DNA of 18,876 nt, taken from positions 1 through 18,876 of the forward strand of contig NW_021824610.1 of the NCBI RefSeq assembly GCF_006345805.1. Reading direction: 5' to 3'. Below, piece by piece: positions 1 to 10,500 of this stretch. Positions within the stretch are counted from its first letter, which is position 1; each line of letters opens with the position of its first letter. This DNA comes from Octopus sinensis. Taxonomy: Eukaryota. A model generated the notes under the pieces. It saw only the letters and a list, made by a program, of their open reading frames with translations, was not told where the DNA came from and did no database searches. The position numbers and the translations under genes were made by a program.

Positions 1-105
1 AGGGAGATAAAATCCAAGGGTGTGAAAGATTTATAACACTTTATAAAGAGTCTTCTCTTTATAAATGTTCTAAAATCTTTCACAGCCTTGGATTTTCATC
101 TCCCT
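1..105. repeat. Imperfect palindrome (about 50-bp arms, 4-nt loop TCTT) next to (TA)n; may be truncated by the window start
   Basis: 1-50 AGGGAGATAAAATCCAAGGGTGTGAAAGATTTATAACACTTTATAAAGAG matches the reverse complement of 55-105 with a few substitutions and indels. Confidence 0.9.
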
Positions 106-117
106 CTGTTAACTTTT

Positions 118-125
118 TATATATA

Positions 126-166
<41 letters not shown>

Positions 167-206
167 TATTAGAAGAAATCTAATATATATATATAATATA
201 TATATA
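118..206. repeat. (TA)n microsatellite, interrupted
   Basis: Direct reading. Confidence 0.95.
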
Positions 207-350
207 CGCAGTGTGGTCATATATGACCTATGTTGGACTCCTCATTCGCACAATCACCGAACATGAGCTTAACTATAGTTTATCCATAGCAATTACTCAG
301 CATTACCAGATACCTTTGGGTGTTCTTGACACCTTTTACTTCTCATAACC

Positions 351-371
351 TATATATATATATATATATAT

Positions 372-404
<33 letters not shown>

Positions 405-413
405 CATATAGAC

Positions 414-476
<63 letters not shown>

Positions 477-485
477 CAGATAGAG

Positions 486-578
<93 letters not shown>

Positions 579-620
579 CTAGCTAGATAGATAGATAGAT
601 AGAAAATAGATGTGTGTGTG
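351..620. repeat. Compound (TA)n/(GATA)n microsatellite
   Basis: Long GATA array at about 373-602. Confidence 0.95.
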
Positions 621-664
621 ACAGATACACAGAGAAATAGATATTACATACATATTTGTTCAAA

Positions 665-860
665 TTACGGTACAAACCCAGCAATTTCTTGGGACGGGTT
701 AAATCAAGGATATCGCCCCAGCCCAGTTCTTGATACTTATTTTATCGACCCCGTAAGAGGTGAAATGTAAAGTGAAACTCTGCTGAATTCGAACTCAGAA
801 CATGGAGCTAGACGTACGTTTCTTCCCCAACGAGCAAAGAAACCTACCAAATCATCGCTT
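665..860 (-). mobile_element. Diverged SINE family A copy
   Basis: TACTTATTTTATCGACCCC...GAATTCGAACTCAGAAC is the reverse complement of the core seen at 4380-4450, 5110-5175 and matches 11630-11700. Confidence 0.75.
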
Positions 861-997
861 TAGATATTGTTACATACATTTTCAGACTTAGAAGTGTTTC
901 CTCGTACAAACTTGCCTGTATTTATGTACATACAGAGTGTACATGCAAAAGCACTCGTTGAGTACGTATGCATTTTAACGTGGATACTTGTATGCCT

Positions 998-1016
998 GTG
1001 TGTGTTGTGTGTGTGT

Positions 1017-1062
<46 letters not shown>

Positions 1063-1290
1063 TTTGTGTTTAGTGTCGGAAACCGAAAAAGTAAAAGGAA
1101 CAAAGAGAGATACAGAGAGAAAGAGATAGATAGAGTGGGAGAGCCGCAGACGAAGCAGAGAAATACACACGCAAACAAACTCACGCATGCACACACACAC
1201 ACATACACAGACACACACAAAGTTTAAGAGAGAGAGAGAGAGAGACAGAGAGAGAGACAGAGAGAGAGAGGGGGGAAAGAGAGAGAGATT
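998..1290. repeat. (TG)n, (CA)n and (GA)n microsatellites
   Basis: Direct reading; source of the CV/HT/RE ORFs in the track. Confidence 0.9.
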
Positions 1291-1849
1291 AGGGCTTGGC
1301 GTTGAAGGTGTGTCTGTGACGTCATCATCAACTTTAACATGTCTATTAAAATGTGTGTTAAGTATATTTTTAACTTGTATAAACGAAAAGCCCTTCACAC
1401 ACATATGTTTAACTGCTGTACTAACAAACAGCACAATATAGCCTATTTATTACCCCACACTAAGCAGGAGTGGGTCTCTCCCATCCCTGTCTCCCTCACT
1501 CTCTTTCAATTTCCCCACCTCTTTTCCTCTCTCTCTCTCTTTCTCTCTTTCACTTTATCTATCTATTTATCTCTCGTACTGGATCTGCTGTTTTCTCTTT
1601 CCCCTTTCTTTTTAGTATATTTATGTATATGTATGTATATGTTATGTGCGTATGTGTATGTGAATGTGATTATACGCATAAAAGTGTAAAATACAGACTA
1701 GAGTATACACACAAACACACACACACACATACATACTAGAACACACACACACACACACGCGCAAAGTGGGAACGAAAATGAAGAAGGATCGGGTACATGG
1801 TTAAGAGTAAGAGTTGGTGTCTCTTACTAAGAACACTCGATATCTACAT

Positions 1850-1861
1850 ATATATATTACA

Positions 1862-1923
<62 letters not shown>

Positions 1924-2995
1924 ATATATACTATATATATTATATCTAGTACTATAGAGAGAGTAGAGAGAGAGAGAGACGATGAGATGGATAAAGCGAT
2001 TGAGGAAGGATAGGTGATGGGGAAAAGAAGAAAGAGGGATGGAGAGAAGAGGAAGAAGACAAAAGAAGAAGAAGAAGAAGAAGAAAAAGAGAAAAGAAGA
2101 AAGAGAAAGAAGAAGAAGAAGAAGAAGAAGAAGAAGAAGAAAAGAAGAAGAAGAGAAGAAGAAGAAGAAAAGAAGAAAGAGATCAAGAGAGATTCGGGGA
2201 AAAGAAAAATAATGAAAGAAAGAATGCCAAAAAGAAAAAAAGAAAATAAATTCACTTATTCAAAGAAAATAATTATAAATAGAAGAAAAACTGAGAGAAG
2301 GAGAGAGAGAGAGAAAGTGAGAGAGAAGGGGTTGATGGGGAGAGAGAGAGAAAGAAACGATTTTACGGAATATAAAAAAAGAAATTTGAGTTGTGAATAT
2401 GAAACCAGAATTTAAAGGAAAGAACAACAGAGAACAACTTGAGGAATAACGACATACAACTATTACCACTACTACTACTACTACACTACTACTACTACCC
2501 GCCACTACCACCACTATTACTACTACAACTACCAATACTACTACTACCACTACTACTACTACAACTACCAACCACCACTATTCCTATTACGGCTACTCCT
2601 ACCACCACTATTACTACTACTACTGCCACTACTGCTGCTACTACTGCTACTACTACTACACTACAGCTGCTGCTGCTGCTGCTACTACTACTACTCTCAA
2701 TACCACTGCCACTGCTTCTACCACTACTAACACTACTACTACTGCTGCTACTATTGTTACTACTACTGCCACTCCACCTCCTCTTTCTCCCCTTCCCCCT
2801 CCTCTTCCCCCTCTTCTTCCCCCTCCTCTTTTTCTTCCTCTTGCCCCTCCTCTTCCTCCTCTTCCCCTCTTCTTCTTCTTCCACCTCTTCTCCTTCCTCT
2901 TCCCTCTCTTCTTCTTCCCTCTTCCTCCTCTTCTTCTTCCCCTTCTACCTCCTCCTCCTCCTCCTCCTACTACTACTACTACTACTACTACTATA
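1850..2995. repeat. Low-complexity block: (TA)n, (GAA)n, (CTA/CCA/CTG)n and CT-rich tracts
   Basis: Direct reading; source of the poly-K/E, poly-L and poly-T ORFs. Confidence 0.9.
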
Positions 2996-3249
2996 AGAAA
3001 TATATGTTTTTAATTTAGACTGAAAGATGTGATTCAGTGGCTTTCATCCATTGACGCCAGTATTTCATTTGATTGACTTTGTATTTTCTGTCTTGGAAAA
3101 GACTTTGACCTGAGTCCAATCTTGGAACTTGGATTCCCACCATTTTGAGGAGTGTGGAATTACGTCTTAGCTATTATTGTTACCGGTTATGCTCTGACCC
3201 TGAGTAAGGGCATGCCGTCAGGGTGTCAACTGAAAGCTAGTTATGTGAA

Positions 3250-3572
3250 GGCACAAGGCTGAATGGTTAGCGTATTTGGCTCACGATTATAAGGTCGCGA
3301 GTTCGATTCCCGGTAGCGCGTTGAGCTCTTGATTAAAACACTTAGTTCGGTTGCTCCAGTACACTCTAATGACAAAAATCTAGTTGTACCAGTATATCAA
3401 AGGGCCGGCCTTGTCACATTCTGTGTCACGCTGAATCTCCTTTAGAATTATGTTAAGGGTTACGCGTGTCTGTGGACTCCGCAACCGCTTGCTCGGTAAA
3501 TTCGCGAGCGGGTTGTTCCATTGATCGGATGAACTGGAACGCTCGTCGTCGTAACCAACAGAGTGCCAGTAT
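3250..3572 (+). mobile_element. tRNA-derived SINE family C, near full length
   Basis: A-box-like GGCTGAATGG and B-box GTTCGATTCC in a tRNA-like head; body (CCTTGTCACATTCTGTGTCACGCTGAATCTCC) aligns along its length with the reverse complement of 7340-7632. Confidence 0.85.
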
Positions 3573-3951
3573 TGGTTACTTAGCATGTGAAGGGAAAAGG
3601 AATCTCACTAACACCCCAACGGACAAAAGGAAATTCCCTAAAAACCCAACAGACCCAGCATAGATGCAACCCTTAAGCTCTTTTGCTACTCACTCAACAC
3701 ACAGTTACTTCTTACAAATCCTGCGTCTCGATGACTGCTGTGTTCGAACCACTTATTGCGCCAGACCAATGCAAGCATGAAGGAGGAGGGAATGGGACTG
3801 CCTCTGCACAAACCATGCCCACTATAACAATAAATGGCTGCTGCTTTGTGGGGTAAATTCCTGAGTATTTGAGAAAGGGTGAGAGAGTAAAACCTTATTG
3901 GTACCATGCCCAATGAGGTAAATCCGAGGCGTTGTTATTGCTAGTCGAAAA

Positions 3952-3952
3952 C

Positions 3953-4040
<88 letters not shown>
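3952..4040. repeat. (TTA)n/(TTG)n microsatellite
   Basis: Direct reading. Confidence 0.95.
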
Positions 4041-4218
4041 ATATGTTTGACTTTTTCCTTTGTATTTGTACAAGTTAAATCCAAGTCTCACTCAGAGACC
4101 TCAAGAGACGACAAGTTAGAAATTCAAGTTGGTGTTATGCCTAGGGTGTCATGTATTTCGTTTTGCACATTGTATTGTTCTAGAGAATGTTAAGAAAACA
4201 TCAGAAAATTATGAGTTC
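4041..4218 (-). mobile_element. Probable 5'-truncated 3' UTR of a (TAA)n-targeting non-LTR retroelement
   Basis: Complex ~180-bp insert flanked on both sides by (TTA)n; a diverged relative follows another (TTA)n tract at about 4671-4745. Family assignment is inference. Confidence 0.45.
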
Positions 4219-4277
<59 letters not shown>

Positions 4278-4314
4278 CATCATTATTATTATTATCATCA
4301 TCATTATTATTATT
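4219..4314. repeat. (TTA)n/(TCA)n microsatellite
   Basis: Direct reading. Confidence 0.95.
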
Positions 4315-4528
4315 GGCCGGCGAGCTGGCAGAAACTTTAACAAGCCGGGCGAAATGCTTAGCGGTATTTCGTCTGCCGCTACGTTCTGAGTTCAAATTCC
4401 GCCGAGGTCGACTTTGCCTTTCATCCTTTCGAGGTCGATAAGTTAAGTACCAGTTGTGTACTGGGGTCGATCTAATCGACTGTCCCTCTCCCCATAAATT
4501 TCGGGCCTTGTGCCTAGAGTATAAAAGA
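4315..4528 (+). mobile_element. tRNA-derived SINE family A, full-length copy inside (TTA)n
   Basis: Head GGCGAGCTGGCAGAAAC, B-box-like GAGTTCAAATTCC, core GTCGACTTTGCCTTTCATCCTTTCGAGGTCGATAA..AAGTACCAG; high identity to 5041-5210 and to the reverse complement of 11600-11770. Confidence 0.9.
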
Positions 4529-4670
<142 letters not shown>

Positions 4671-4799
4671 TTATATTTTGTTCTTGCTTTAATGTATACG
4701 AGTTTCACTCAGGCCTCAATCAAAGAGGTCATAGTATAACAAGGTTTTGCATCTGAATATACAAACAGGTGATGTGCCATGCAAGTCAAAGTACTATTT

Positions 4800-5035
4800 T
4801 TTTTATCCTTTCGGGGTCGAGAAAAACCAGAAATAAATTTCCAATTGATTAGTAGGTCTGGTGTTATCGACAATCTCCCTCCCCTCAAAAGATTTGACTA
4901 AATTTAGAAATAATGATCATTGCAATTATCAAAAGCACTCATCTGGCCGCATCGTTACCGCACCGAGAAAGCGCTTAACAGAATTCGATCTGGGTTTACG
5001 TTCTCATTTCAAATTCTGCCTTTTGTCTTTAATTC
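4800..5035 (+). mobile_element. Degraded SINE family A fragments
   Basis: ATCCTTTCGGGGTCGA at about 4805-4820 and CGTTACCGCACCGAGAAAGCGCTTA...TTACGTTCTCATTTCAAATTCTGCC at about 4953-5020. Confidence 0.6.
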
Positions 5036-5040
5036 TCTAA

Positions 5041-5275
5041 GGCAACAAGCTGGCAGAACCGTTAGCACGTCGGGCGAAATGCTTAGCGGTATTTCGTCTG
5101 CCGTTACGTTGTGAGTTCAAATTCCGCCGAGGTCGACTTTACCTTTCATCCTTTCAGAGTCGATAAATTAAGTACCAGTTACGCAGTGGGGTCGATATAA
5201 TCGACTTAATACCTATGTCTGTCCTTGTTTGTCCCCTCTGTGTTTAGCCCCTTGTGGGTAATAAAGAAATAGGTA
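5041..5275 (+). mobile_element. SINE family A copy with a variant 3' tail
   Basis: GCTGGCAGAACCGTTAGCACGTCGGGCGAAATGCTTAGCGGTATTTCGTCTG is near-identical to the head of 4315-4528; tail is TGTCCTTGTTTGTCCCCTCTGTGTTTAGCCCCTTGTGGG. Confidence 0.9.
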
Positions 5276-5540
5276 TTTTGTCTGTCTTTATGTCCTGAGT
5301 TGAAAATGGGGGCTGAGGTCGACTTTGGCAGGGAGTTTGTTGTATCGTTACCGCGCCGAAAAAAAGAAACGATTATCAGCATTCATTCCGGCATTACGCT
5401 CTCAGTTCTAATTTCACCGAGATCAACTTTACCTTTCATTCGCTTTGTTAAAATGAGTACCAGCTGAACACTGGGGACCATGTAATCGACTTCCCCCCTT
5501 CATGTAGAATTTCAGGTTTTGTACCTCCAGTAGAAATGTG
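5272..5540 (+). mobile_element. Partial SINE A repeat followed by an older SINE A copy
   Basis: GGTATTTTGTCTG...GAGGTCGACTTTG repeats the internal segment, then ACCGAGATCAACTTTACCTTTCAT...GAGTACCAGCTGAACACTGGGG. Confidence 0.7.
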
Positions 5541-5992
5541 ATTAATTTCCTTTCTATCTATTTTGAATGTTGTGCAAACATAGATTTAAGGTTCAACTAT
5601 GAGGAATTGGGAATGACAGCGCAATAAAATCTGCTCGCTCGAAATTACAAACTTGAAGACATCATACGCTTCAAACAAATATATTTATCTGTCCCGCCCA
5701 CAACCCCACAAAAAATATACATATAAATCTGCTGGTAAGATTAAGTTGCGTATACTAAAAGATAAATTGTGTAAGAAGAAGAGAGCAACACTGATGTGAC
5801 AAAGTGATTGATAACTCGAGATATATCTTGAGAAGTAAACAAAAATCCATTTCAAGCCATGGCGCTAGAAGACTCTTCTAGAGTTTTCAAACATACAAGC
5901 ATACAGTCACTCGTGTCTGTCGTTTTTGTTTAATAAATAGTCTTTGCCACACCACCAAAGCCTACGCTGAAACACCGCATAAATAAATAATT

Positions 5993-6205
5993 ATGTGTGT
6001 GTGTGAGTGTATGTATGTGTGTATGTGCGTGTATGTATGTGTGTTTATATGTGCATATATGTGTATGTGTGTTTATATGTGCATATATGTGTATGTGTGT
6101 GTTCGTATGTGTGTGTATTATATATATATATATAAATATACACAGATAGACACATATAAACATACATACATATATATACAAACACACATACACACTAACA
6201 AACAC
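5993..6205. repeat. Mixed (TG/TA/CA)n low-complexity tract
   Basis: Direct reading. Confidence 0.9.
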
Positions 6206-6444
6206 GCATATATTCTAAACCGTCAAAACCACAAAGATCCTTAGATAAACAGCCGATGAGGGCCATTTACATTTGTATCCTTCTCTTATGTATATTTATT
6301 TCATCGCTTAGACCCGATTCTTCCCCCTTTTACATCGAGGCACAATAATTTATCTTCGTATCCGTATTTTTGTTGAAGTTGCTGTTCACTTTACCTGGTA
6401 ATCTTCTTTACTCTTTCACTCTTTCTGTTTCTATCTTGGCTGAC

Positions 6445-6448
<4 letters not shown>

Positions 6449-6498
<50 letters not shown>

Positions 6499-6733
6499 CC
6501 TTTCTTTCTTTCTTTCTTTCTTTCTTTCATTCTTTCTCTCGCTCTCTCCCCCTTTCTTTTTCTCTTTCTTTCATTCTTTCTCTCTCTCTCCCGTTCTCTC
6601 TCTCTCTCTCTCACTTTGTCTCTCTTCCTTTCCCTCTCTATCACTTTCTCTGTCTCTCCGTTTTCTCTCTCTTCCTTTCTCACTTTATCACTTCTTCTCT
6701 CTCCCTCTCTCTATCTTTCTGTCTGTCTCTGTC

Positions 6734-6771
<38 letters not shown>

Positions 6772-6785
6772 ATTCACTCACTCAA
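6449..6785. repeat. (CT)n/(CTTT)n polypyrimidine tract
   Basis: Direct reading. Confidence 0.9.
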
Positions 6786-7339
6786 TTCTTATTCCTAGTT
6801 ACCTTGTATACCTAGTAATCAACTTCTTGCATTCAGGTCTGTGAAATTTATTTTCGACATCAATTACTTCACAAAACATCAGCTTCTGGATCCTTCTGCT
6901 ATTTTTCTCATTTATATAAGCATTACTGATCGAAAACTCGAAATTACCTTCACTTCTTTTTCCAGTATTGATCATGCGAATTGCTACCTATTGTTTTTTT
7001 TTTATTTTGCTTCATTTCGCTAGTAAAAGGCTACTTTTGTATGTCACAGTTACTAGAACATAACGTTATTTGCCAAAGTAATTTGTATCTCATCTCCAGT
7101 GTATTATTCCCAAACAATCATATACAATAGTTATTGATGCAACAACGGTCAGCGGTTCTGTTAAAAAGGGTCGAAACCGCAGAGATGTTTTGAAACCAGC
7201 TAACAAAGGAAATTATTTTTGTTCTTCCCTGTGTCAAGAATGGCTTCATTATTTATGACCCGTTTCTCCCATTTTTATGTCAGCGCACATAGCAACATCT
7301 TTTTCGTATACGAACTCATAACATCTGGGACTATATCAA

Positions 7340-7632
7340 TTGCGACGATGCGAGTTCCAACTGACCAGATCTATGGCACAGCTTGCTCGTGAAATTAACG
7401 TGCAAGTGGCTGAGAACTCCACTGACACACGAAACCGTTAACGTAGTCCTCAGGGAGATTTAGCGTGACACAGAATGTTACAAGGCTGGTCCCTTTTTGA
7501 ATTACTGGTACTACTCATTTTTGTCAGTGGAGTCTTCTGAAGCAACGTCAAAACAATAAAGTGGCTTTTTGATGGACAAAATGCGCCACCAAGAATCAAA
7601 ATCACAAACTGTGAGCCGAATACCATAAACAC
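7340..7632 (-). mobile_element. SINE family C copy
   Basis: Reverse complement aligns with 3265-3555 (CAAAAATGAGTAGTACCAGT, CCTTGTAACATTCTGTGTCACGCTAAATCTCC). Confidence 0.85.
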
Positions 7633-7826
7633 GAAGACACACGCTTGCTCTTACGCACACATATATAGCTTGCAAGAGTCTTGATGTGAATTTGTGTATT
7701 GAAAGAAATATTACTGAGCCTTGAGAAGAATAAGATTCCAGTAATAATACACACACGAACTGATTCGGTCCTTCACTGTTATTGTTCAGTATTGTTCGTG
7801 TCGTTATTTCTTTTATTTTAATTTTT

Positions 7827-7872
7827 TGTCAAATAATTATTTCATTGCATTGTTACAATCTCTTCAGAGACA
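7827..7872 (-). ncRNA. Degenerate type I hammerhead ribozyme motif
   Basis: Minus strand reads TGTCT-CTGAAGA-G-ATTGTA(acaa)TGCAAT-GAAA-T(AATT)AT-T-TGACA: core boxes, 6-bp stem II, 2-bp stem III with palindromic tetraloop, stem I 4/5 paired. Confidence 0.55.
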
Positions 7873-7877
7873 CGTCT

Positions 7878-7990
7878 CTCAATTGGAGCAACGTCAAATA
7901 AAGTGACTTTCTGATGAACGAAATGCGTCACCAGGAATCGAAATCACAAACTTACGACTGTAAGCCGAATACCCTAAACATTAAGCCACG
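7878..7990 (-). mobile_element. SINE family C head fragment
   Basis: Reverse complement TGGCTTAATGTTTAGGGTATTCGGCTTACAGTCGTAAG...TTCGATTCCTGGTGACGC...GTTGCTCCA matches 3255-3360 and 7535-7632. Confidence 0.8.
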
Positions 7991-8269
7991 ATTCCTAACA
8001 TTTCTAGCGCAATATTCCAGTAATAACGAAAAGCATAAGGAAAACACACGTAACAGTATAAATATATGATGACATCATCCACTACATTCTCAACAACAAC
8101 AACAACAACAATATTGTCAGCATTAATGAAATCTGTATCTGCAATGGCGATAAAAGCAACATACACAAAAACCAAAATGGCTGCTTATCAAATACTTCTG
8201 ACTTTTTTCTGCTTATCATTATATCAATTAGCTTCAGTTATCTTTGTCAGATTCCTTCCCTCTCTCTCT

Positions 8270-8619
8270 GTACATGCATACACATACACACATATATATA
8301 ATATATATGCAATATATGTATGTATGTATTTGTTCGTGAGCGTATATATATATGTGTGTGTATATATGTGTATTTGTTTTAAGTCTTCATGTCAGTATGT
8401 CTGTCAATGCTTCGTGACCAATCTGCGAAATTCTCATACAATTTTAATCGGTTGATTTTCTTCATGTTCGGCTTCCGATTGGTTATCTCGCAATGATCAG
8501 CATGCATAAATGTATGTATGATATACGTGTGTATGCATTCACTTGTGTATGCATCCATGTACGTGTTTATACTTGTATTAATGTATGTATGTATGTATGT
8601 ATATGTATGTATGGATGGA

Positions 8620-8656
<37 letters not shown>

Positions 8657-9043
8657 TTGTATGTATGTATGCATGCCTGTAAGTATGTATGCATATATGT
8701 ATGTATATATGTGCTTATTTGTGCATGTATCTATGTATGTGTGTATGAATGTATGTATGTGTGTGTATACGTGTCGAAGCATATATGTATTTTTTTGTGT
8801 ATGTAGGTGGCTAGCTGCCTCAATATATATATGACAACAAACGTATTCGTGTGTATGTGTGTCCGAGTGTGTGTGCATGCATACAAACATTACACGTGTA
8901 TGTATATATATATATATATATGCGTTGTATGTATGTGTGTGTGTGTCTGTATTTGTCTGGGCGCATATGCATATGTGTGCGCATGTGTGAAGCTGCATAT
9001 ATGTGTATAAATGTGCTGTATGTATACACACACACACACATAT
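8270..9043. repeat. Mixed (TATG/TG/TA)n low-complexity region with short unique spacers
   Basis: Direct reading. Confidence 0.85.
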
Positions 9044-9452
9044 GTAGCTGAGTGGCAAGAAGTTTGCTTCTCAACCGCATGGTTCTAGGTTCAGTCCCAC
9101 TGCATGGCACCTTGGGTTAGTGTCTTCTAAAATAGCCTCGGGCTGACCAAAACCTGGTAAATAGATGAGGTGGACAGAAACGGAAAGAAACCTGTTGTGC
9201 ATATGAGTGTGTTTATAGTGCGCGTTTCTTTTTTTTCTTTTCATTTTTTGTCTAGCCCTACACCGCTTGAGAACAGATGCTACTGTATTTACGTTCCCGT
9301 AAACAAGCAGTTCGTCAAAAGAACCGATAGAATAAATATCAGGCTTAAAAAGAAGCTAAGTATTGGGGTTAATTAGTAAATTATTTCGATTAACATTTCT
9401 CGAGGTGGTGTCCCAGGATGGCTGCAGTCTGATGAATGAAACAAAATACAAG
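9044..9452 (+). mobile_element. tRNA-derived SINE family B, diverged full-length copy
   Basis: A-box TAGCTGAGTGG, B-box GGTTCAGTCCC; aligns along its length with 17533-17890 (ATAGCCTCGGGC, CGCTTGA, TTTACGT, ACCGATAGAATAA). Confidence 0.88.
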
Positions 9453-9802
9453 ATGGAAGTTATAAATATTAGTTTTCTCTACATTACTCAAATCCTGCTG
9501 GGGCACTGCCATTAATTTTGCTGCATTTGCACTTCTTGAACCAATCCACCCCTCTGACATGTGCCATTTAGTGAATGAGAGGGTTTCATCTGCGTTTCTT
9601 GCCTCATCTGAAACTCTTGACAAGAGGAGACCCAGTTTTATTTTGAAGACACCTACATTCATCCCATGTAAGCCTCTCAGCTTTGTGGATGATTATTGAA
9701 GTACAGTGGGTCCTTGAGACCCAAACTTTTGCAGTATACGAACGCGTATCATGATGGTAATGTTGAAACTTTTGGTACTGTGCAATGATGCTCCGTTCTG
9801 GT

Positions 9803-9970
9803 GTTTATGTGCAAGTTCTAAGATTTTTGTGCACAGATTTGTGTTTGCTGTTTATGTACAGGTTTTAAGATTTTTATGTACAGATTTTTGCGTTCTGTTT
9901 GTGTGCAGGTTCTTAGATTTTGGGGGTACAGATTTTTGAGTGCTGTTTGTGTACAAGTTCTAAGATTTTC
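9803..9970. repeat. 47-48-bp minisatellite, about 3.5 units, inside the LINE
   Basis: Units start at 9803, 9850, 9897 and 9945; consensus GTTT(A/G)TGT(A/G)CA(A/G)GTTCTAAGATTTT...ACAGATTT. Confidence 0.9.
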
Positions 9971-10338
9971 CAGTCGTGTATCACTGCACGCCTTTCCCGC
10001 CTTCGTCCTAGAGAGAAGAGACTTAACTTGTTCCGTCTCTCCCAGAAGCTGTCATGTGACATTGAGACAATCTTTTTTTTGTGTAGATTAGCTGGATTGC
10101 TTCGGGTTACGTCTTTAATTTTCCAGTGTAATAACCATAGTTGGGAGCAGTAGCCTCAATGGCTGAGAAGTAACCTCCAACAGCGGACCATAATCGTTTC
10201 CTGTTCTCTCTTCCTGAAATTCTAAGGATCCATCCGGCCAACCATCTGCATTTTATTGCCAACTTTGTAGTAAGCACCTGGAGAGATGCAACTTTACACA
10301 TTTAAAAGCCCAAGTCATGCACTGATTTTAAATTTCAG

Positions 10339-10500
10339 TAGCTGTTGGAAAACCTGATTATAGCAGTGACTCGATTACTTCCTAGCAATATCTGAAGAAG
10401 GAATTTTTAAATTCCGAAATATTATATCAGACTGAATAATTATACTATAACAGCTATTATAGTCCTCCTGGCAGTGTTGTGCTATTCAAGACACGTTAAA
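10339..10500 (+). mobile_element. 162-bp insert in the LINE, probable Penelope-like terminal fragment
   Basis: LINE peptide ...GTAISELK / KSVHDLG... is split here; imperfect direct repeats TTTTAAATTTCAG (10326-10338) and TTTTAATTCAG (10501-10511); contains a hammerhead core. Confidence 0.7.
10386..10434 (+). ncRNA. Type I hammerhead ribozyme motif with decayed stem I
   Basis: CAATAT-CTGAAGA-A-GGAATT(ttta)AATTCC-GAAA-T(ATTAT)AT-C-AGACTG; 6-bp stem II, AUC triplet, stem I 4/6 paired. Confidence 0.65.

Noticed and set aside
1317-1324. Perfect CRE TGACGTCA
   Set aside because: Isolated 8-mer that could occur by chance
1806-1828. 8-bp hairpin AGTAAGAG/CTCTTACT
   Set aside because: Too short to be significant alone
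3250-3320. tRNA-like sequence (also at 9044 and 17533)
   Set aside because: A and B boxes are present but there is no full cloverleaf, and each continues into a repeated SINE body
7911-7930. CTGATGA-AC-GAAA hammerhead-like string
   Set aside because: No room for stem II; it is the antisense of a SINE C head
9429-9442. CTGATGA-AT-GAAAC
   Set aside because: No stem II; part of the SINE B tail
9803-9970. CRISPR-like periodicity
   Set aside because: Whole units repeat with no unique spacers; eukaryotic context and no cas genes
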